Origin: an uncultured Candidatus Saccharibacteria bacterium
Lineage (GTDB): Bacteria; Patescibacteriota; Minisyncoccia; Phycocordibacterales; UBA918
Reading direction: 5' to 3'
Assembly (NCBI GenBank): GCA_964402035.1
Contig: CAYOAM010000002.1
Span: 178,964 to 242,963 of the forward strand
DNA: 64,000 nucleotides
The notes under the pieces were generated by a model, which saw only the letters and a list, made by a program, of their open reading frames with translations, ran no database searches and had not been told where the DNA came from. The first letter of the stretch is position 1, and each line of letters begins with the position of its first letter. The translations under genes were made by a program, and so were the position numbers. Positions 8,777-18,483 of the stretch are shown piece after piece.

Positions 8777-10046
8777 AATACTCGCGGAGAGAGATTTGCG
8801 AGTCGATTCTACGAATGAGATCAAGGACTACCGAGACAACAATCAATAGTGCGGTGCCTCCAATCGCCAGTGTGGTAAAGCCCGTAAGGTTCTGCATAAT
8901 GAGTGGCAATACGGCTATAGTTCCTAAGAAGAATGCTCCCACAAACGTGATCCGAGTAATCACCTTTCCTAGATACTCTGAGGTATGTGCGCCTGGTCGT
9001 ACGCCAGGAACAAAGGCTCCATTGCGCTGTAGGTTTTTAGAAATCGAATCTGGATCAAACGTAACGGCAGTGTAGAAATACGTAAAAAGAAATACGAGCA
9101 CAAAATACGCGCCAGCATACAGCCACGGGCTCTGAAAAAATGAGAGAACCACTTCTGAAGCCTTCGCTATCCATGCGCTGTTAAAGCGAGAAAGCATGTT
9201 GAGAATCATCTGAGGAAACAGCAAAATTGAGAGTGCAAAAATGATTGGAATCACGCCAGCTTGATTGAGGCGTAGTGGAAGATAGGTAGACACCCCACCA
9301 TATACTTTGTTGCCACGCACACGCTTTGCGTAGGTCACCGGCACAGGACGCTCTGCTTCTGTTACGACAACCACCCCGTAAATAATGACGACGGCGACAG
9401 CGAGAAACGCCAAGTAGAGCGGAATCTGTGACTGATCAAATGTAAAGAACGCCTGGCTAACTGCGGCAGGCATACTCGCTACAATACCTCCGAAAATGAT
9501 GAGTGAGGTCCCGTTGCCTATACCAAACTCAGTCACCAGTTCTCCAATCCACATAAGCAGCATTGATCCGGCAACCACGACGACCAAGTTTGCAACGAAG
9601 TCTTGTACTGAAAGTACTCCCAACACACCTTGATTCTGAAGGAGCATCAAAAAACTAAAACCTTGGAGGATAGCAAGTGGTAGTGTCAAAAGACGACTGA
9701 TCTGCGTAAATTTCTGGCGGCCTGTCTCACCCTCTTCGGTATAGAGTGCTTTGAGTCGTGGCGACATCACGGTCAAAAGCTGCATGATGATCGATGCTGT
9801 AATATAGGGACCAACGCCAAGCATCACGAGCGAGAGATTTGAAAGCCCACCACCCGAGAAAATATTCAAAAGTCCAAAAAACTGATTATTCGAAAAAAAC
9901 TCTGCAAGTCGCAAGGGATCAACTCCCGGTGTCGGAATTGCAGCAAGCGCACGAAAAAGTACTAATGCCCCACAGACAAACAGTATTCGATTGCGCAATG
10001 TTGCGTCTCCGAAGATCAGCTTAACTTTTTGTATGAATGCATCCAT
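8775..10046 (-). CDS. secY: Preprotein translocase subunit SecY
   Basis: 423 aa with 10 TM helices. The conserved N-terminal region is LRNRILFVCGALVLFRALAAIPTPGV. Confidence 0.9.
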   Translation of the reverse strand: MDAFIQKVKLIFGDATLRNRILFVCGALVLFRALAAIPTPGVDPLRLAEFFSNNQFFGLLNIFSGGGLSNLSLVMLGVGPYITASIIMQLLTVMSPRLKALYTEEGETGRQKFTQISRLLTLPLAILQGFSFLMLLQNQGVLGVLSVQDFVANLVVVVAGSMLLMWIGELVTEFGIGNGTSLIIFGGIVASMPAAVSQAFFTFDQSQIPLYLAFLAVAVVIIYGVVVVTEAERPVPVTYAKRVRGNKVYGGVSTYLPLRLNQAGVIPIIFALSILLFPQMILNMLSRFNSAWIAKASEVVLSFFQSPWLYAGAYFVLVFLFTYFYTAVTFDPDSISKNLQRNGAFVPGVRPGAHTSEYLGKVITRITFVGAFFLGTIAVLPLIMQNLTGFTTLAIGGTALLIVVSVVLDLIRRIDSQISLREY

Positions 10047-10050
10047 TTTT

Positions 10051-10500
10051 CTACTCTATGGTACCACCAACAGCAACAATCTTTTCTCGTGCCGACGCTG
10101 AGACAACGCAACCAGAAATTGTCAATTTTTTGGTAAGCGCACCTTCTCCCAAGATCTTTACGAGCGGGTTCGTGTTACCACGAAGACGAATGAGTCCCTT
10201 ATCTGCAAGCGCCTGTGGCGTCACTTTGGCGCTTGCGCCAAATGTACTTTCAAGTGCAGCGACATTCACTACTGACGCGCGAACACGTTCATTGTTCACC
10301 GTACGCGCACGATTCTTTCCATGACCACGTAGCTTTGGAAGTTTCTTGATCATGTCGCGAATCTCCGGACGCATGCTGTTTCCGGTACGTGACTTTTGAC
10401 CCTTCATACCTTTTCCTGACGTCTTTCCACGCTTTCCACCACGTCCGACACGTGCCGTTACCTTGCGAGCAGTCTTTGCTTGTATATTGTGTAGTTGCAT
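10051..10500 (-). CDS. rplO: 50S ribosomal protein L15
   Basis: MQLHNIQAKTARKVTARVGRGGKRGKTSGKGMKGQKSR. Position immediately upstream of secY. Confidence 0.9.
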   Translation of the reverse strand: MQLHNIQAKTARKVTARVGRGGKRGKTSGKGMKGQKSRTGNSMRPEIRDMIKKLPKLRGHGKNRARTVNNERVRASVVNVAALESTFGASAKVTPQALADKGLIRLRGNTNPLVKILGEGALTKKLTISGCVVSASAREKIVAVGGTIE

Positions 10501-10507
10501 ATAAAAT

Positions 10508-11113
10508 TTATGAACGCTTTGCGCGAAGTGTTTTCAGAGCCTCAATCGCTGCACGAGCATTGTTGAGTTTATTCTTGCTGCGTGAGAATACTTTTGCTGT
10601 CACATCCTTCACGCCCGCAAGCTCGAGTACGGTACGAACAGAACTACCCGCTACAAGTCCCCTGCCTGGAGATGGCATGATCATGATCTGACTTGCTGCA
10701 TATTTTGTAGAAACATCGTGCGGAATACGGCTGTGGGCATCCATCACTACCTGGATCATATTCTTTTTTGCGGCACGAAACGCTTTTTCAATAGCGAGCT
10801 GTGTATCCCCTGCCTTCCCAATACCCACACCTACCTTCCCTGCCTTATTACCAGCAACCATCGCAACACTAAAATTGAAACGACGACCTCCCGCCATCAC
10901 ACGCGTCACGCGACGGATACTGATGATTTTTTGTGCAAACTCAGGACGCGCACGCTCTTCTCTGCGACCGCCTGTGCGGCGCTGCGGACGGCGCTGCGTA
11001 TTTTTTCGATCCGTATGACGTACCGACGCAGAGCGTTCAGCCGCAGGTGTAGCCGCCTCGCCCGTAGCGGGAGTCGTTGCAACATCATTTTCTGTTTGTA
11101 TATCTTCAACCAT
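10508..11113 (-). CDS. rpsE: 30S ribosomal protein S5 with an N-terminal basic extension
   Basis: RVTRVMAGGRRFNFSVAMVAGNKAGKVGVGIGKAGD is the S5 core. No L30 gene lies between S5 and L15. Confidence 0.9.
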   Translation of the reverse strand: MVEDIQTENDVATTPATGEAATPAAERSASVRHTDRKNTQRRPQRRTGGRREERARPEFAQKIISIRRVTRVMAGGRRFNFSVAMVAGNKAGKVGVGIGKAGDTQLAIEKAFRAAKKNMIQVVMDAHSRIPHDVSTKYAASQIMIMPSPGRGLVAGSSVRTVLELAGVKDVTAKVFSRSKNKLNNARAAIEALKTLRAKRS

Positions 11114-11136
11114 AGTATTCTATATATGAAAATTCA

Positions 11137-11487
11137 TTAAAATTGCAAACCTTCCGCGCGTGCGCCATCTGCAAGCGCCGCTATGATGCCTTGATACGGA
11201 AAACCTCCACGATCAAACACAATATGTGTGAGGCCAAGCTTCTTTGCGTCTTGTGCTACTTTACGCCCTACTTCGGTTGCGCGTAGTGTGGTTGTTTTTC
11301 CGGTCACTTTTCGTGAATCCGAGGCTGCAATAGTCACACCTGACTCATCATTGATGAGCTGCGCATATACATAGCGATTTGAACGAAATACTGCAAGACG
11401 AGGTCGTACTGCGGTACCGGTAACACGCGCACGCACACGGGCATGACGACGTACTCGAGAAGCTGTTTTTTTAGCTGATTTATTCAT
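11137..11487 (-). CDS. rplR: 50S ribosomal protein L18
   Basis: 116 aa, basic N-terminus. Position between L6 and S5. Confidence 0.85.
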   Translation of the reverse strand: MNKSAKKTASRVRRHARVRARVTGTAVRPRLAVFRSNRYVYAQLINDESGVTIAASDSRKVTGKTTTLRATEVGRKVAQDAKKLGLTHIVFDRGGFPYQGIIAALADGARAEGLQF

Positions 11488-11500
11488 ATCCTATATATCG

Positions 11501-12034
11501 CTATACGGCCTTCTTACCTTGCTTGCGGAGAATATATTCCCCTGCATAGCGGACTCCCTTCCCTTTGTATGGCTCAGGTTTCTTTGCCGCTCGTACATTT
11601 GCGGCAAATTGTCCCACAACCTCCTTATCAATACCTGAGATCGTAAACGTACCTTTTTCTACAAGGACCGTCACTCCTGCAGGTATCGGAAATACAACCG
11701 GATGCGAAAAACCAAGCTGCATGACAAGGTTCGAACCTTTCACTTCGCCGCGATAGCCAACACCTTCTACTTGCAATATTTTTACAAAACCATCGGTTAC
11801 ACCTACGAGCATATTTTTAATATGCGATACATAGGTACCCCAGAGAGCGCCTGCTAGCTTTGTAGTGTTTTTTGGTGCAAGTATTACTCCTTCGGGTGAC
11901 ATGGTAAATGAAAGGAGCGGCGGAAAAGGTCGCGAGAGCGTACCTTTTGGCCCTTTCACCATCAAGACATTGTCTACACAAGAGACTTCTGTCTTTGCCA
12001 CTAGTACTATTGGTTGTTTTCCGAGTCTGCTCAT
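11501..12034 (-). CDS. rplF: 50S ribosomal protein L6
   Basis: MSRLGKQPIVL is a canonical L6 start at an internal Met of the 11501-12073 ORF. That start leaves a 10-bp gap to rpsH instead of an overlap. Confidence 0.85.
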   Translation of the reverse strand: MSRLGKQPIVLVAKTEVSCVDNVLMVKGPKGTLSRPFPPLLSFTMSPEGVILAPKNTTKLAGALWGTYVSHIKNMLVGVTDGFVKILQVEGVGYRGEVKGSNLVMQLGFSHPVVFPIPAGVTVLVEKGTFTISGIDKEVVGQFAANVRAAKKPEPYKGKGVRYAGEYILRKQGKKAV

Positions 12035-12044
12035 ACGTATATTG

Positions 12045-12440
12045 TTACCAGATGATGAACAACTGTTCTCCACCTACTTTTTCCTTGCGTGCTTCGCTAC
12101 CTGAAAGTACCCCCTTCGGTGTTGAAACCACCAACGTACCTGTACCGAATTTCACCTTGTGCATTTCGGTGCTCTTGATATACATGCGACGACCCGGTTT
12201 TGAAATACGCTGGACACCGCGAATATGGGCAACACCATCGGCACCATACTTGAGGGTTACCTCAAGCGTCTTCTTTACCTTCTTGCCTTGCTTTTCTGCA
12301 GCAATAACATAACCCTCTTTCACCAATACATCAGCAACGGCGTGCTTCAATTTTGAATACGGAACAGAAATCGTTGCTTTGCGCACCGCTCCCGCGTTTA
12401 CCAAACGCACAATAAAGTCTCCTATTGGGTCTCCTACCAT
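12045..12440 (-). CDS. rpsH: 30S ribosomal protein S8
   Basis: MVGDPIGDFIVRLVNAGAV... typical S8. Confidence 0.9.
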   Translation of the reverse strand: MVGDPIGDFIVRLVNAGAVRKATISVPYSKLKHAVADVLVKEGYVIAAEKQGKKVKKTLEVTLKYGADGVAHIRGVQRISKPGRRMYIKSTEMHKVKFGTGTLVVSTPKGVLSGSEARKEKVGGEQLFIIW

Positions 12441-12619
12441 GATGATTTTTTAATACCTGGAATATGTCCTTCGTGTGCCATCTCCCTAAAACAAATACGG
12501 CAGACATCAAAATCTCGCATATACGCTCGCTTGCGTCCACATTTGAAACAACGGCGAACAACCCTACTTTTGAATTTCGGGGTCTTCTTTGATCGTGCAA
12601 TTACTGATGTTTTAGCCAT
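12434..12619 (-). CDS. rpsN: 30S ribosomal protein S14, type Z (zinc-binding)
   Basis: 61 aa with CFKCGRK...CRICFRE, a C4 zinc motif. Confidence 0.9.
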   Translation of the reverse strand: MAKTSVIARSKKTPKFKSRVVRRCFKCGRKRAYMRDFDVCRICFREMAHEGHIPGIKKSSW

Positions 12620-12661
12620 ATGTGTGCGAAAATAAAAAGCCTCGAGAGGCCAAGTTGAAGC

Positions 12662-12690
12662 ATACTAGCAACTACGCATTCCGATGTCAA
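12662..12690 (-). promoter_or_regulatory. Sigma70-like promoter (TTGACA-N17-TAGTAT) inside the ribosomal cluster, upstream of rpsN
   Basis: Minus strand reads tttgacatcggaatgcgtagttgctagtatgct. It is followed by a 5'-UTR hairpin gcctctcgaggc plus a U-run before the rpsN ATG. Confidence 0.5.
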
Positions 12691-12735
12691 ACATACGGCG
12701 CGTCATGTACCTATATAGCCTCCCCCTACCTCCCA

Positions 12736-13278
12736 CTATGCCACCGCCTCCTTCAGCGGTAGCCCGATATAACGGAAAAACGCTTCCGCCTCCTTTTTGG
12801 ACTTTGCTGAGGTCACGATCGTGACCGCAAACCCAAAAACGTTTTTGAGTTCTTCGTCTGCAACCTCGGGGAAAATAGTATGCTCTTTAATACCAATTGA
12901 AATATTTCCCATTTCATCAATCGCTGAGGCAACAAGACCACGAAAGTCACGCGTACGTGGCAACACAATATGTATGAGCTTATCTACAAAATCATACATA
13001 CGTGCTCCATGGAGTGTCACCTGATACCCCACAATGTCGCCCTCGCGCACTTTAAAGGTCGCAATCGACTTCTTTGCTCCGCGAGGCGCGGGCTTTTGAC
13101 CCGTGATACGGGCCAGGCGCTCCTGAATAAGAGCTCGCTGTTGCTTGTCGTGCACCTTTCCAGTACCAATCGAAATGACTACTTTTTCAATTTTTGGTGC
13201 CTGCATTACATTGGTATACCCAAAAGTATCCTTGAGGGCTTTGTACGATGCAATGGTTTTTTCTTTTGTAATACTCAT
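12736..13278 (-). CDS. rplE: 50S ribosomal protein L5
   Basis: 180 aa. Conserved L5 core and position between L24 and S14. Confidence 0.9.
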   Translation of the reverse strand: MSITKEKTIASYKALKDTFGYTNVMQAPKIEKVVISIGTGKVHDKQQRALIQERLARITGQKPAPRGAKKSIATFKVREGDIVGYQVTLHGARMYDFVDKLIHIVLPRTRDFRGLVASAIDEMGNISIGIKEHTIFPEVADEELKNVFGFAVTIVTSAKSKKEAEAFFRYIGLPLKEAVA

Positions 13279-13288
13279 ATACTAATCC

Positions 13289-13597
13289 TTAGGAAACTTT
13301 GGTGCCACTCTTTCGGGTAATGCGAACCTTCTTGTCTCCATCAATACTATACCCAACTCGGGATGCCTTCCCTGTCTTTGCGTCCTTGATCGCAATATTT
13401 GAAATATGAATCGGCAATGTTTTGTCAATAATCTGACCTTGTTGACCCTGTCTGCGTGCTCGCTGGTGCTTCTTAACTACGTTAACACCCTCCACAACCG
13501 CTCGATTCTTTTTTGGAAGCATGGCAAGAACCGTACCGCTTTTTCCGCGATCCTTTCCTGCAATAACGACGACACTGTCTCCTTTTCGTATTTTCAT
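13289..13597 (-). CDS. rplX: 50S ribosomal protein L24
   Basis: MKIRKGDSVVVIAGKDRGKSGTV (KOW motif). Confidence 0.9.
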   Translation of the reverse strand: MKIRKGDSVVVIAGKDRGKSGTVLAMLPKKNRAVVEGVNVVKKHQRARRQGQQGQIIDKTLPIHISNIAIKDAKTGKASRVGYSIDGDKKVRITRKSGTKVS

Positions 13598-13606
13598 AAA
13601 AAGTCG

Positions 13607-13978
13607 TTATACAACCTCAGGTGCCAATGACACAATTTTCTGATATCCCACATCTGCGATCTCTCGTGGAATAGGGCCAAACACACGGTTTGCACGAGGC
13701 TCTTTTTTTGCCTCCTCAACAATCACGACGGCGTTATCATCAAAACGAATGTACGAGCCGTCCTTGCGACGAAAGGCCTGGCGCTGACGCACTACAATAG
13801 CGTGCACCACATCTTTCTTTTTGGTGGCTTTGCGTGGATCGGCAGTCTGCACCGAAAGTACCAAAATGTCACCGATACGCGCATAGCGACGCTTTGAACC
13901 ACCGAGTATTTTGAAAACGCGTCCGATGCGTCCGCCGGAGTTGTCGGTAATAGTTACTAATGTTTGAGGTTGAATCAT
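13607..13978 (-). CDS. rplN: 50S ribosomal protein L14
   Basis: MIQPQTLVTITDNSGGR... canonical L14. Confidence 0.9.
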   Translation of the reverse strand: MIQPQTLVTITDNSGGRIGRVFKILGGSKRRYARIGDILVLSVQTADPRKATKKKDVVHAIVVRQRQAFRRKDGSYIRFDDNAVVIVEEAKKEPRANRVFGPIPREIADVGYQKIVSLAPEVV

Positions 13979-14006
13979 AGAGAATATTTATATGAACGAG
14001 GACTGC

Positions 14007-14267
14007 CTAGTTTACGACCTCAAAATGCTTTCGTTTTGAAAGTGGGCGCGTCTCACGAATCGTCACTACCTCTCCTTCCTTGCGAAGATTCCCAGCATCG
14101 TGTGCTAGATACTTCTTGGTACGCATCTGATACTTTTTGTACTTCGGGTGCTTTACATAACGAACGACGGCAACCGATACGGTGTCTTTCATCTTGGTCG
14201 ACATAACCGTCCCACGGAACGATCGTCCGCCCTTTTTTACCTGTGCTGTTGTATCTGTTGCAGTCAT
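14007..14267 (-). CDS. rpsQ: 30S ribosomal protein S17
   Basis: 86 aa, OB-fold S17 pattern (RGTVMSTKMKDTVSVAV). Confidence 0.85.
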   Translation of the reverse strand: MTATDTTAQVKKGGRSFRGTVMSTKMKDTVSVAVVRYVKHPKYKKYQMRTKKYLAHDAGNLRKEGEVVTIRETRPLSKRKHFEVVN

Positions 14268-14269
14268 AA

Positions 14270-14461
14270 TTATATTGTTTTTGTTCGAATACGTGCCTCA
14301 GTCAAGATACGAGCAACCGTCTTGCGCACTTTGCGCATAGAGTGAGTATCACGCACCGAGCTACCGGCCGTACCAAAGCGAAGTACACGAAGTTCCTCTC
14401 GTTTCTCCAGAAGAAACGTCGTGAGATCAGCATCATTTTTTTCCTTAATTTCTTTCATCAT
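14270..14461 (-). CDS. rpmC: 50S ribosomal protein L29
   Basis: 63 aa helical protein between L16 and S17. Confidence 0.8.
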   Translation of the reverse strand: MMKEIKEKNDADLTTFLLEKREELRVLRFGTAGSSVRDTHSMRKVRKTVARILTEARIRTKTI

Positions 14462-14513
14462 ACGCGGATCTGAAGTACTATCTTATACACTAAAAAATGA
14501 ACACTGTCGAGGA

Positions 14514-14939
14514 TTAGGCTGGCTCACGGCTTACAAACTTTGTCTTTACTGGAAGCTTCTTTCCTGCTTTGAGTAAAGCCTGCTCCGCAACCACACGTGT
14601 GACTCCATCAACCTCAAAGAGTACACGTCCTGGTAATACTTCAAACACAAAGTACTGCGGATCGCCCTTCCCTTTTCCCATCGGCACTTCGGCCGCTTTT
14701 TGGGTATATGGTCGGTCAGGGAAAATACGGATCCACACGCGTCCAGTCTTTCCAAGTAGACGAGAAATAACTCGACGAGCTGATTCAATCTGATTTGATT
14801 TTACGCGCTCTTCGGTCATGGACTTGAGTCCATATGACCCAAAAGCCAACGTGGTACCGCGCGTATCAATACGAACCTTCTTCGGATTCCTTCGTCCGGT
14901 CTGCCACTTTCGGTGTTTTACTTTTTTAGGAAATAACAT
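14514..14939 (-). CDS. rplP: 50S ribosomal protein L16
   Basis: MLFPKKVKHRKWQTGRR... canonical L16 start. Confidence 0.9.
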   Translation of the reverse strand: MLFPKKVKHRKWQTGRRNPKKVRIDTRGTTLAFGSYGLKSMTEERVKSNQIESARRVISRLLGKTGRVWIRIFPDRPYTQKAAEVPMGKGKGDPQYFVFEVLPGRVLFEVDGVTRVVAEQALLKAGKKLPVKTKFVSREPA

Positions 14940-14944
14940 ACCTT

Positions 14945-15670
14945 TTATTTACGCTCAGTGCGACGCTCACCGCGCTCTTTCGCACGCTCTTCTTTTTCTC
15001 CATGTGCTCGGCGGTCAGCAAAAATCTGCCCGCGATATATCCATACTTTCACACCCAAGATCCCGTACGGGAGCAGTGCTCGCTCACGAGCAAAATCGAT
15101 GTCGGCGCGCAACGTTTGGAGTGGAATACGTCCACGCTTCATCTCTTCGGTGCGGCCCATGTCTGCTCCACCAAGACGGCCCGAGAGGATCACACGTACT
15201 CCCTCGACGTCACGATTCGCCATAACTTTTTCAATCGTCTGCTTCATCACACGGCGAAATGTCATGCGCTTTTCCAAGCCCTCAGTGATCATCTGTGCAA
15301 CAATCGCTGCACTTGATTCTGGTGAACGAACCTCCTCGATGTCAATCTTCACATCAGGCATTTCGGTAAGTTTGAGTGTGCGGAGGAGTTGTACAACTTC
15401 CTTGCGAAGCTTTTGAGCACCCTCCCCACTGCGTCCGATAATGAGACCTGGGCGTGATGTGCGCACGATAATACGCATCACTTTGTTTCCCATCTCAACC
15501 TCGGTAGATGCGATATACATGCCACGCAATCGTTTATCAAGAAACTTTCGTACGGTGGTGTCTGCACGCAAATTATCTCGAAATCCTTTTGGTTGCGCAG
15601 AAAACCAACGACTTCGCCAGTCGCGTACGATACCAATGCGTTGAATATATGGGTGTGCAATGTGTGTCAT
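14945..15670 (-). CDS. rpsC: 30S ribosomal protein S3
   Basis: HPYIQRIGIVRDWRSRWF is the N-terminal KH region. The C-terminal part is basic and acidic. Confidence 0.9.
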   Translation of the reverse strand: MTHIAHPYIQRIGIVRDWRSRWFSAQPKGFRDNLRADTTVRKFLDKRLRGMYIASTEVEMGNKVMRIIVRTSRPGLIIGRSGEGAQKLRKEVVQLLRTLKLTEMPDVKIDIEEVRSPESSAAIVAQMITEGLEKRMTFRRVMKQTIEKVMANRDVEGVRVILSGRLGGADMGRTEEMKRGRIPLQTLRADIDFARERALLPYGILGVKVWIYRGQIFADRRAHGEKEERAKERGERRTERK

Positions 15671-15681
15671 GGATAAAGCAA

Positions 15682-16005
15682 TTATTTGACTCCGAGTTCG
15701 ATTGCGATGTGGCTTGAGTGACGCTTGATTGGGGACGCTGATCCACGGGCGCGTGGCATAGAACGCTTCAGTGTCTCACCTTTATCAACGGTCACTTTCT
15801 TAATAAAAAGTGTCGCTTCGTCCTTTCCTTGCGCTCGAGCATTCCCAACAGCTGAACGAAGTATCTTCATAAACGCCGTCGACGCGCGCTTGTCAGCAAA
15901 TTGCAAAAGTGCCATAGCTTTGGTTGCCTGTTTTCCACGCACCAAATCCGCAAGTAGACGTACTTTACGAGGCGATTGACGATAGTTTTTTACAAATGCT
16001 TTCAT
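15682..16005 (-). CDS. rplV: 50S ribosomal protein L22
   Basis: MKAFVKNYRQSPRKVRLLADLVRGK... Confidence 0.9.
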   Translation of the reverse strand: MKAFVKNYRQSPRKVRLLADLVRGKQATKAMALLQFADKRASTAFMKILRSAVGNARAQGKDEATLFIKKVTVDKGETLKRSMPRARGSASPIKRHSSHIAIELGVK

Positions 16006-16016
16006 GAAAAAGAGAA

Positions 16017-16355
16017 CTATTTCTTGGTCTCAACCACTTTAGATGCCTTTGCTGCGGCAATTTCTGACTCTTTCTTTTTTATTTCAAGATCCTTCTGCAT
16101 CTTACCTCCGTGACGAACGAATTTCTTGCTTGGAGAAAATTCACCAAGACGATGACCCACCATTTCCTCAGCAACCAAAACTTCAATGAAGTCGCGGCCA
16201 TTGTGGACACCAAACTTGAAACCTACCATCTCGGGAGAAATCTGGCTGCGGCGTGACCACGTCTTAATAACCACATTATCCTGTGCTTTTTTCCCCACAA
16301 GTTTCTTGAGGAGTTTCTCGTCAACGTAAGGTCCTTTATAGAGTGACCGAGCCAT
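16017..16355 (-). CDS. rpsS: 30S ribosomal protein S19 with a C-terminal K/E-rich extension
   Basis: [18 protein letters not shown]...[22 protein letters not shown]. Confidence 0.9.
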   Translation of the reverse strand: MARSLYKGPYVDEKLLKKLVGKKAQDNVVIKTWSRRSQISPEMVGFKFGVHNGRDFIEVLVAEEMVGHRLGEFSPSKKFVRHGGKMQKDLEIKKKESEIAAAKASKVVETKK

Positions 16356-16401
16356 AATTTATGAGTGCAAATAAAAAAGCCCACAGCGAGCTTCGCGAAG
16401 C

Positions 16402-16430
16402 ATAGTACTCGAATTGAGTGTGACTGTCAA
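16402..16430 (-). promoter_or_regulatory. Sigma70-like promoter (TTGACA-N17-TACTAT) upstream of rpsS, inside the 190-bp rplB-rpsS gap
   Basis: Minus strand reads ttgacagtcacactcaattcgagtactatgc. Confidence 0.5.
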
Positions 16431-16506
16431 CTAAAAGTTGCGATCGCAACCGTATACCTCACAATGACGCTGCGCTTGGTAAAAATGTTCAGGATTTCGA
16501 GGGTCA

Positions 16507-16543
16507 AATCGACAAAAAAACTACCCGATATCGGGTAGTTTTT
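16507..16543. terminator. Perfect palindromic hairpin with A/T runs on both sides, immediately downstream of rplB (intra-operon terminator/attenuator)
   Basis: aaaaaaactacccgatatcgggtagttttttt. Confidence 0.6.
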
Positions 16544-16547
16544 TTGT

Positions 16548-17411
16548 TTAGACAACCTGGTTTTGCATGCGCTTGCCGGGTTTTCGTCTCGTGACGATAA
16601 ACACATTTGAGTATTTCTTTGGCTTGCGTGACTTCTGACCCTTTCCGACTGGGCGACCATGCATCGTACGTGCGCGACGGTGTCCACGACCTCCACGACC
16701 CTCTCCTCCTCCATGTGGGTGGTCTACGGCATTTCGAGCAGAACCGCGGTTCTTTGGACGGCGTCCAAGCCATCGTGAGCGACCAGCCTTTCCAAGATTC
16801 ACTAAATGATGTTCTTCGTTAGAAACCTCTCCTACCGTTGCCCAACTGGTGCTCAAAACCTTGCGAACCTCACTTGAAGGTAGTTTTACCTGTGTGTAGC
16901 CGCCATCATGAGCAACAACTTCAGCATAACTTCCTGCTGAACGAGCCATACGTGCACCAGCGCCAGGTTTGAGTTCAATATTAAATACAAATGTACCGAC
17001 GGGGATTTTCGCGAGTGGAAGTCGATTCCCCACTTCTGCGCGAGCACTTTCGGATACGATAAACGTACTTCCTGCCTTGAGTGACTTTGGTGACAATACA
17101 TACCGACGTTCGCCATCAGCGTAACAGACGAGCGCAATAAATCCGGTGCGGAATGGATCATATTCAACTGACTCCACACGCGCAATAACGTCTTTCTTGT
17201 TGTAGGTAAAATCGATATCGCGGAATGTCTGCTTGTGACCACCTCCACGATAGAGATTGGTTGCGCGTCCATGACCGTTCCTACCTCCCGTACTGCGGCG
17301 ACCCTTGGTCAGCGGCTTATGTGGTGTGCTGGTCGAGGTCGAAAGGAAATTGCGATATGACACAACGGTCATTCCACGACGGCCTGCTGATGTTGGTTTA
17401 TATGATTTCAT
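16548..17411 (-). CDS. rplB: 50S ribosomal protein L2
   Basis: 287 aa. MKSYKPTSAGRRGMTVVSYR and a C-terminal GGGEGR region. Confidence 0.9.
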   Translation of the reverse strand: MKSYKPTSAGRRGMTVVSYRNFLSTSTSTPHKPLTKGRRSTGGRNGHGRATNLYRGGGHKQTFRDIDFTYNKKDVIARVESVEYDPFRTGFIALVCYADGERRYVLSPKSLKAGSTFIVSESARAEVGNRLPLAKIPVGTFVFNIELKPGAGARMARSAGSYAEVVAHDGGYTQVKLPSSEVRKVLSTSWATVGEVSNEEHHLVNLGKAGRSRWLGRRPKNRGSARNAVDHPHGGGEGRGGRGHRRARTMHGRPVGKGQKSRKPKKYSNVFIVTRRKPGKRMQNQVV

Positions 17412-17415
17412 ACGC

Positions 17416-17772
17416 TTATACTAAATCGATGCGATCGTCTTTTTTGAGATAGACATACGCCTTCTTCATACCAGAAAGTGTACTTACACGATTGCGCGCC
17501 TTGCGGAAAAACTGACGTGGTGCACGATTCACAATTCGAATCTGACGAGGAGTAACTCCCCACAATTTCTGTACCGCATCGCGTACATCTCGCTTGGTTG
17601 CATCAGCAACTACCTCAAAGGTATAAATATTCTTTTCACCCATAACAGCAGCTTTTTCAGTCACCACCGGTCGCACAATAACTGATGTTTTTATCACTCC
17701 ACGACGAACAGGTGCTGCGGTGGTCTCGCTTTTTTTTACGACTGCTGTTTTTTTCTTTCCAAAGAGAGCCAT
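17416..17772 (-). CDS. rplW: 50S ribosomal protein L23
   Basis: 118 aa. Position between L4 and L2. Confidence 0.85.
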   Translation of the reverse strand: MALFGKKKTAVVKKSETTAAPVRRGVIKTSVIVRPVVTEKAAVMGEKNIYTFEVVADATKRDVRDAVQKLWGVTPRQIRIVNRAPRQFFRKARNRVSTLSGMKKAYVYLKKDDRIDLV

Positions 17773-17782
17773 ATAAAATGTA

Positions 17783-18481
17783 TTATTGTTTTGCTGCTGT
17801 TACCGCCTTCTTGCCCTGCACACGGGTGAGCAATGTCTCAATCGAAGTCCCTGGCTCTACAATAAGCACATACTTATTGGTGAGAATCTCAACCGGATTG
17901 ATGTCCTTTGCTTGCGCCACAACCACGTTACCGAAGTTCTGGAAACTCTTCTCAATTGCTGCACTTCGCGTAGGAATAACAATGAGTGCTGCGTTTTTAC
18001 GCTTACTCTTCAGGGTCGCTGCATTTGGAATAGCAGAAAGTGACACCAACGCAGCACGTGCATCTTTTGCCTTTGGAGCAGTAAAATTAAACGTATCAAC
18101 AAGAACAATTTCTCCATCAGCAAATTTCTTTGAGAGTGCAATACCAAGCGCCTTTGCGCGAGCGCTGCGGTTGATCTTTTTTACATAGCTGCGTGCAGCA
18201 AGTGGTCCATGTGTCACACCTCCACCGCGCCAGATTGGTGAACGACTTGATCCGTGACGAGCGCGACCAGTTCCTTTCTGGCGCCATGGCTTCTTTCCAC
18301 CTCCACGCACCGCACCGCGACCCTTAGTACTTGCAATACTTGCGCGTGCATTACTCATCATCGACACCACAACCTCATGCATCAAATCAGCATTCCACTT
18401 TTGATTAAAGACACTCTCCGGCATTTCAAATGCAGTAGTCTCTTTTCCTTGTGTATTGTAAACAGTAGCTTTCATATTCAT
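17783..18481 (-). CDS. rplD: 50S ribosomal protein L4
   Basis: 232 aa. Glycine-rich RGGG...[12 protein letters not shown] motif. Confidence 0.9.
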   Translation of the reverse strand: MNMKATVYNTQGKETTAFEMPESVFNQKWNADLMHEVVVSMMSNARASIASTKGRGAVRGGGKKPWRQKGTGRARHGSSRSPIWRGGGVTHGPLAARSYVKKINRSARAKALGIALSKKFADGEIVLVDTFNFTAPKAKDARAALVSLSAIPNAATLKSKRKNAALIVIPTRSAAIEKSFQNFGNVVVAQAKDINPVEILTNKYVLIVEPGTSIETLLTRVQGKKAVTAAKQ

Positions 18482-18483
18482 GT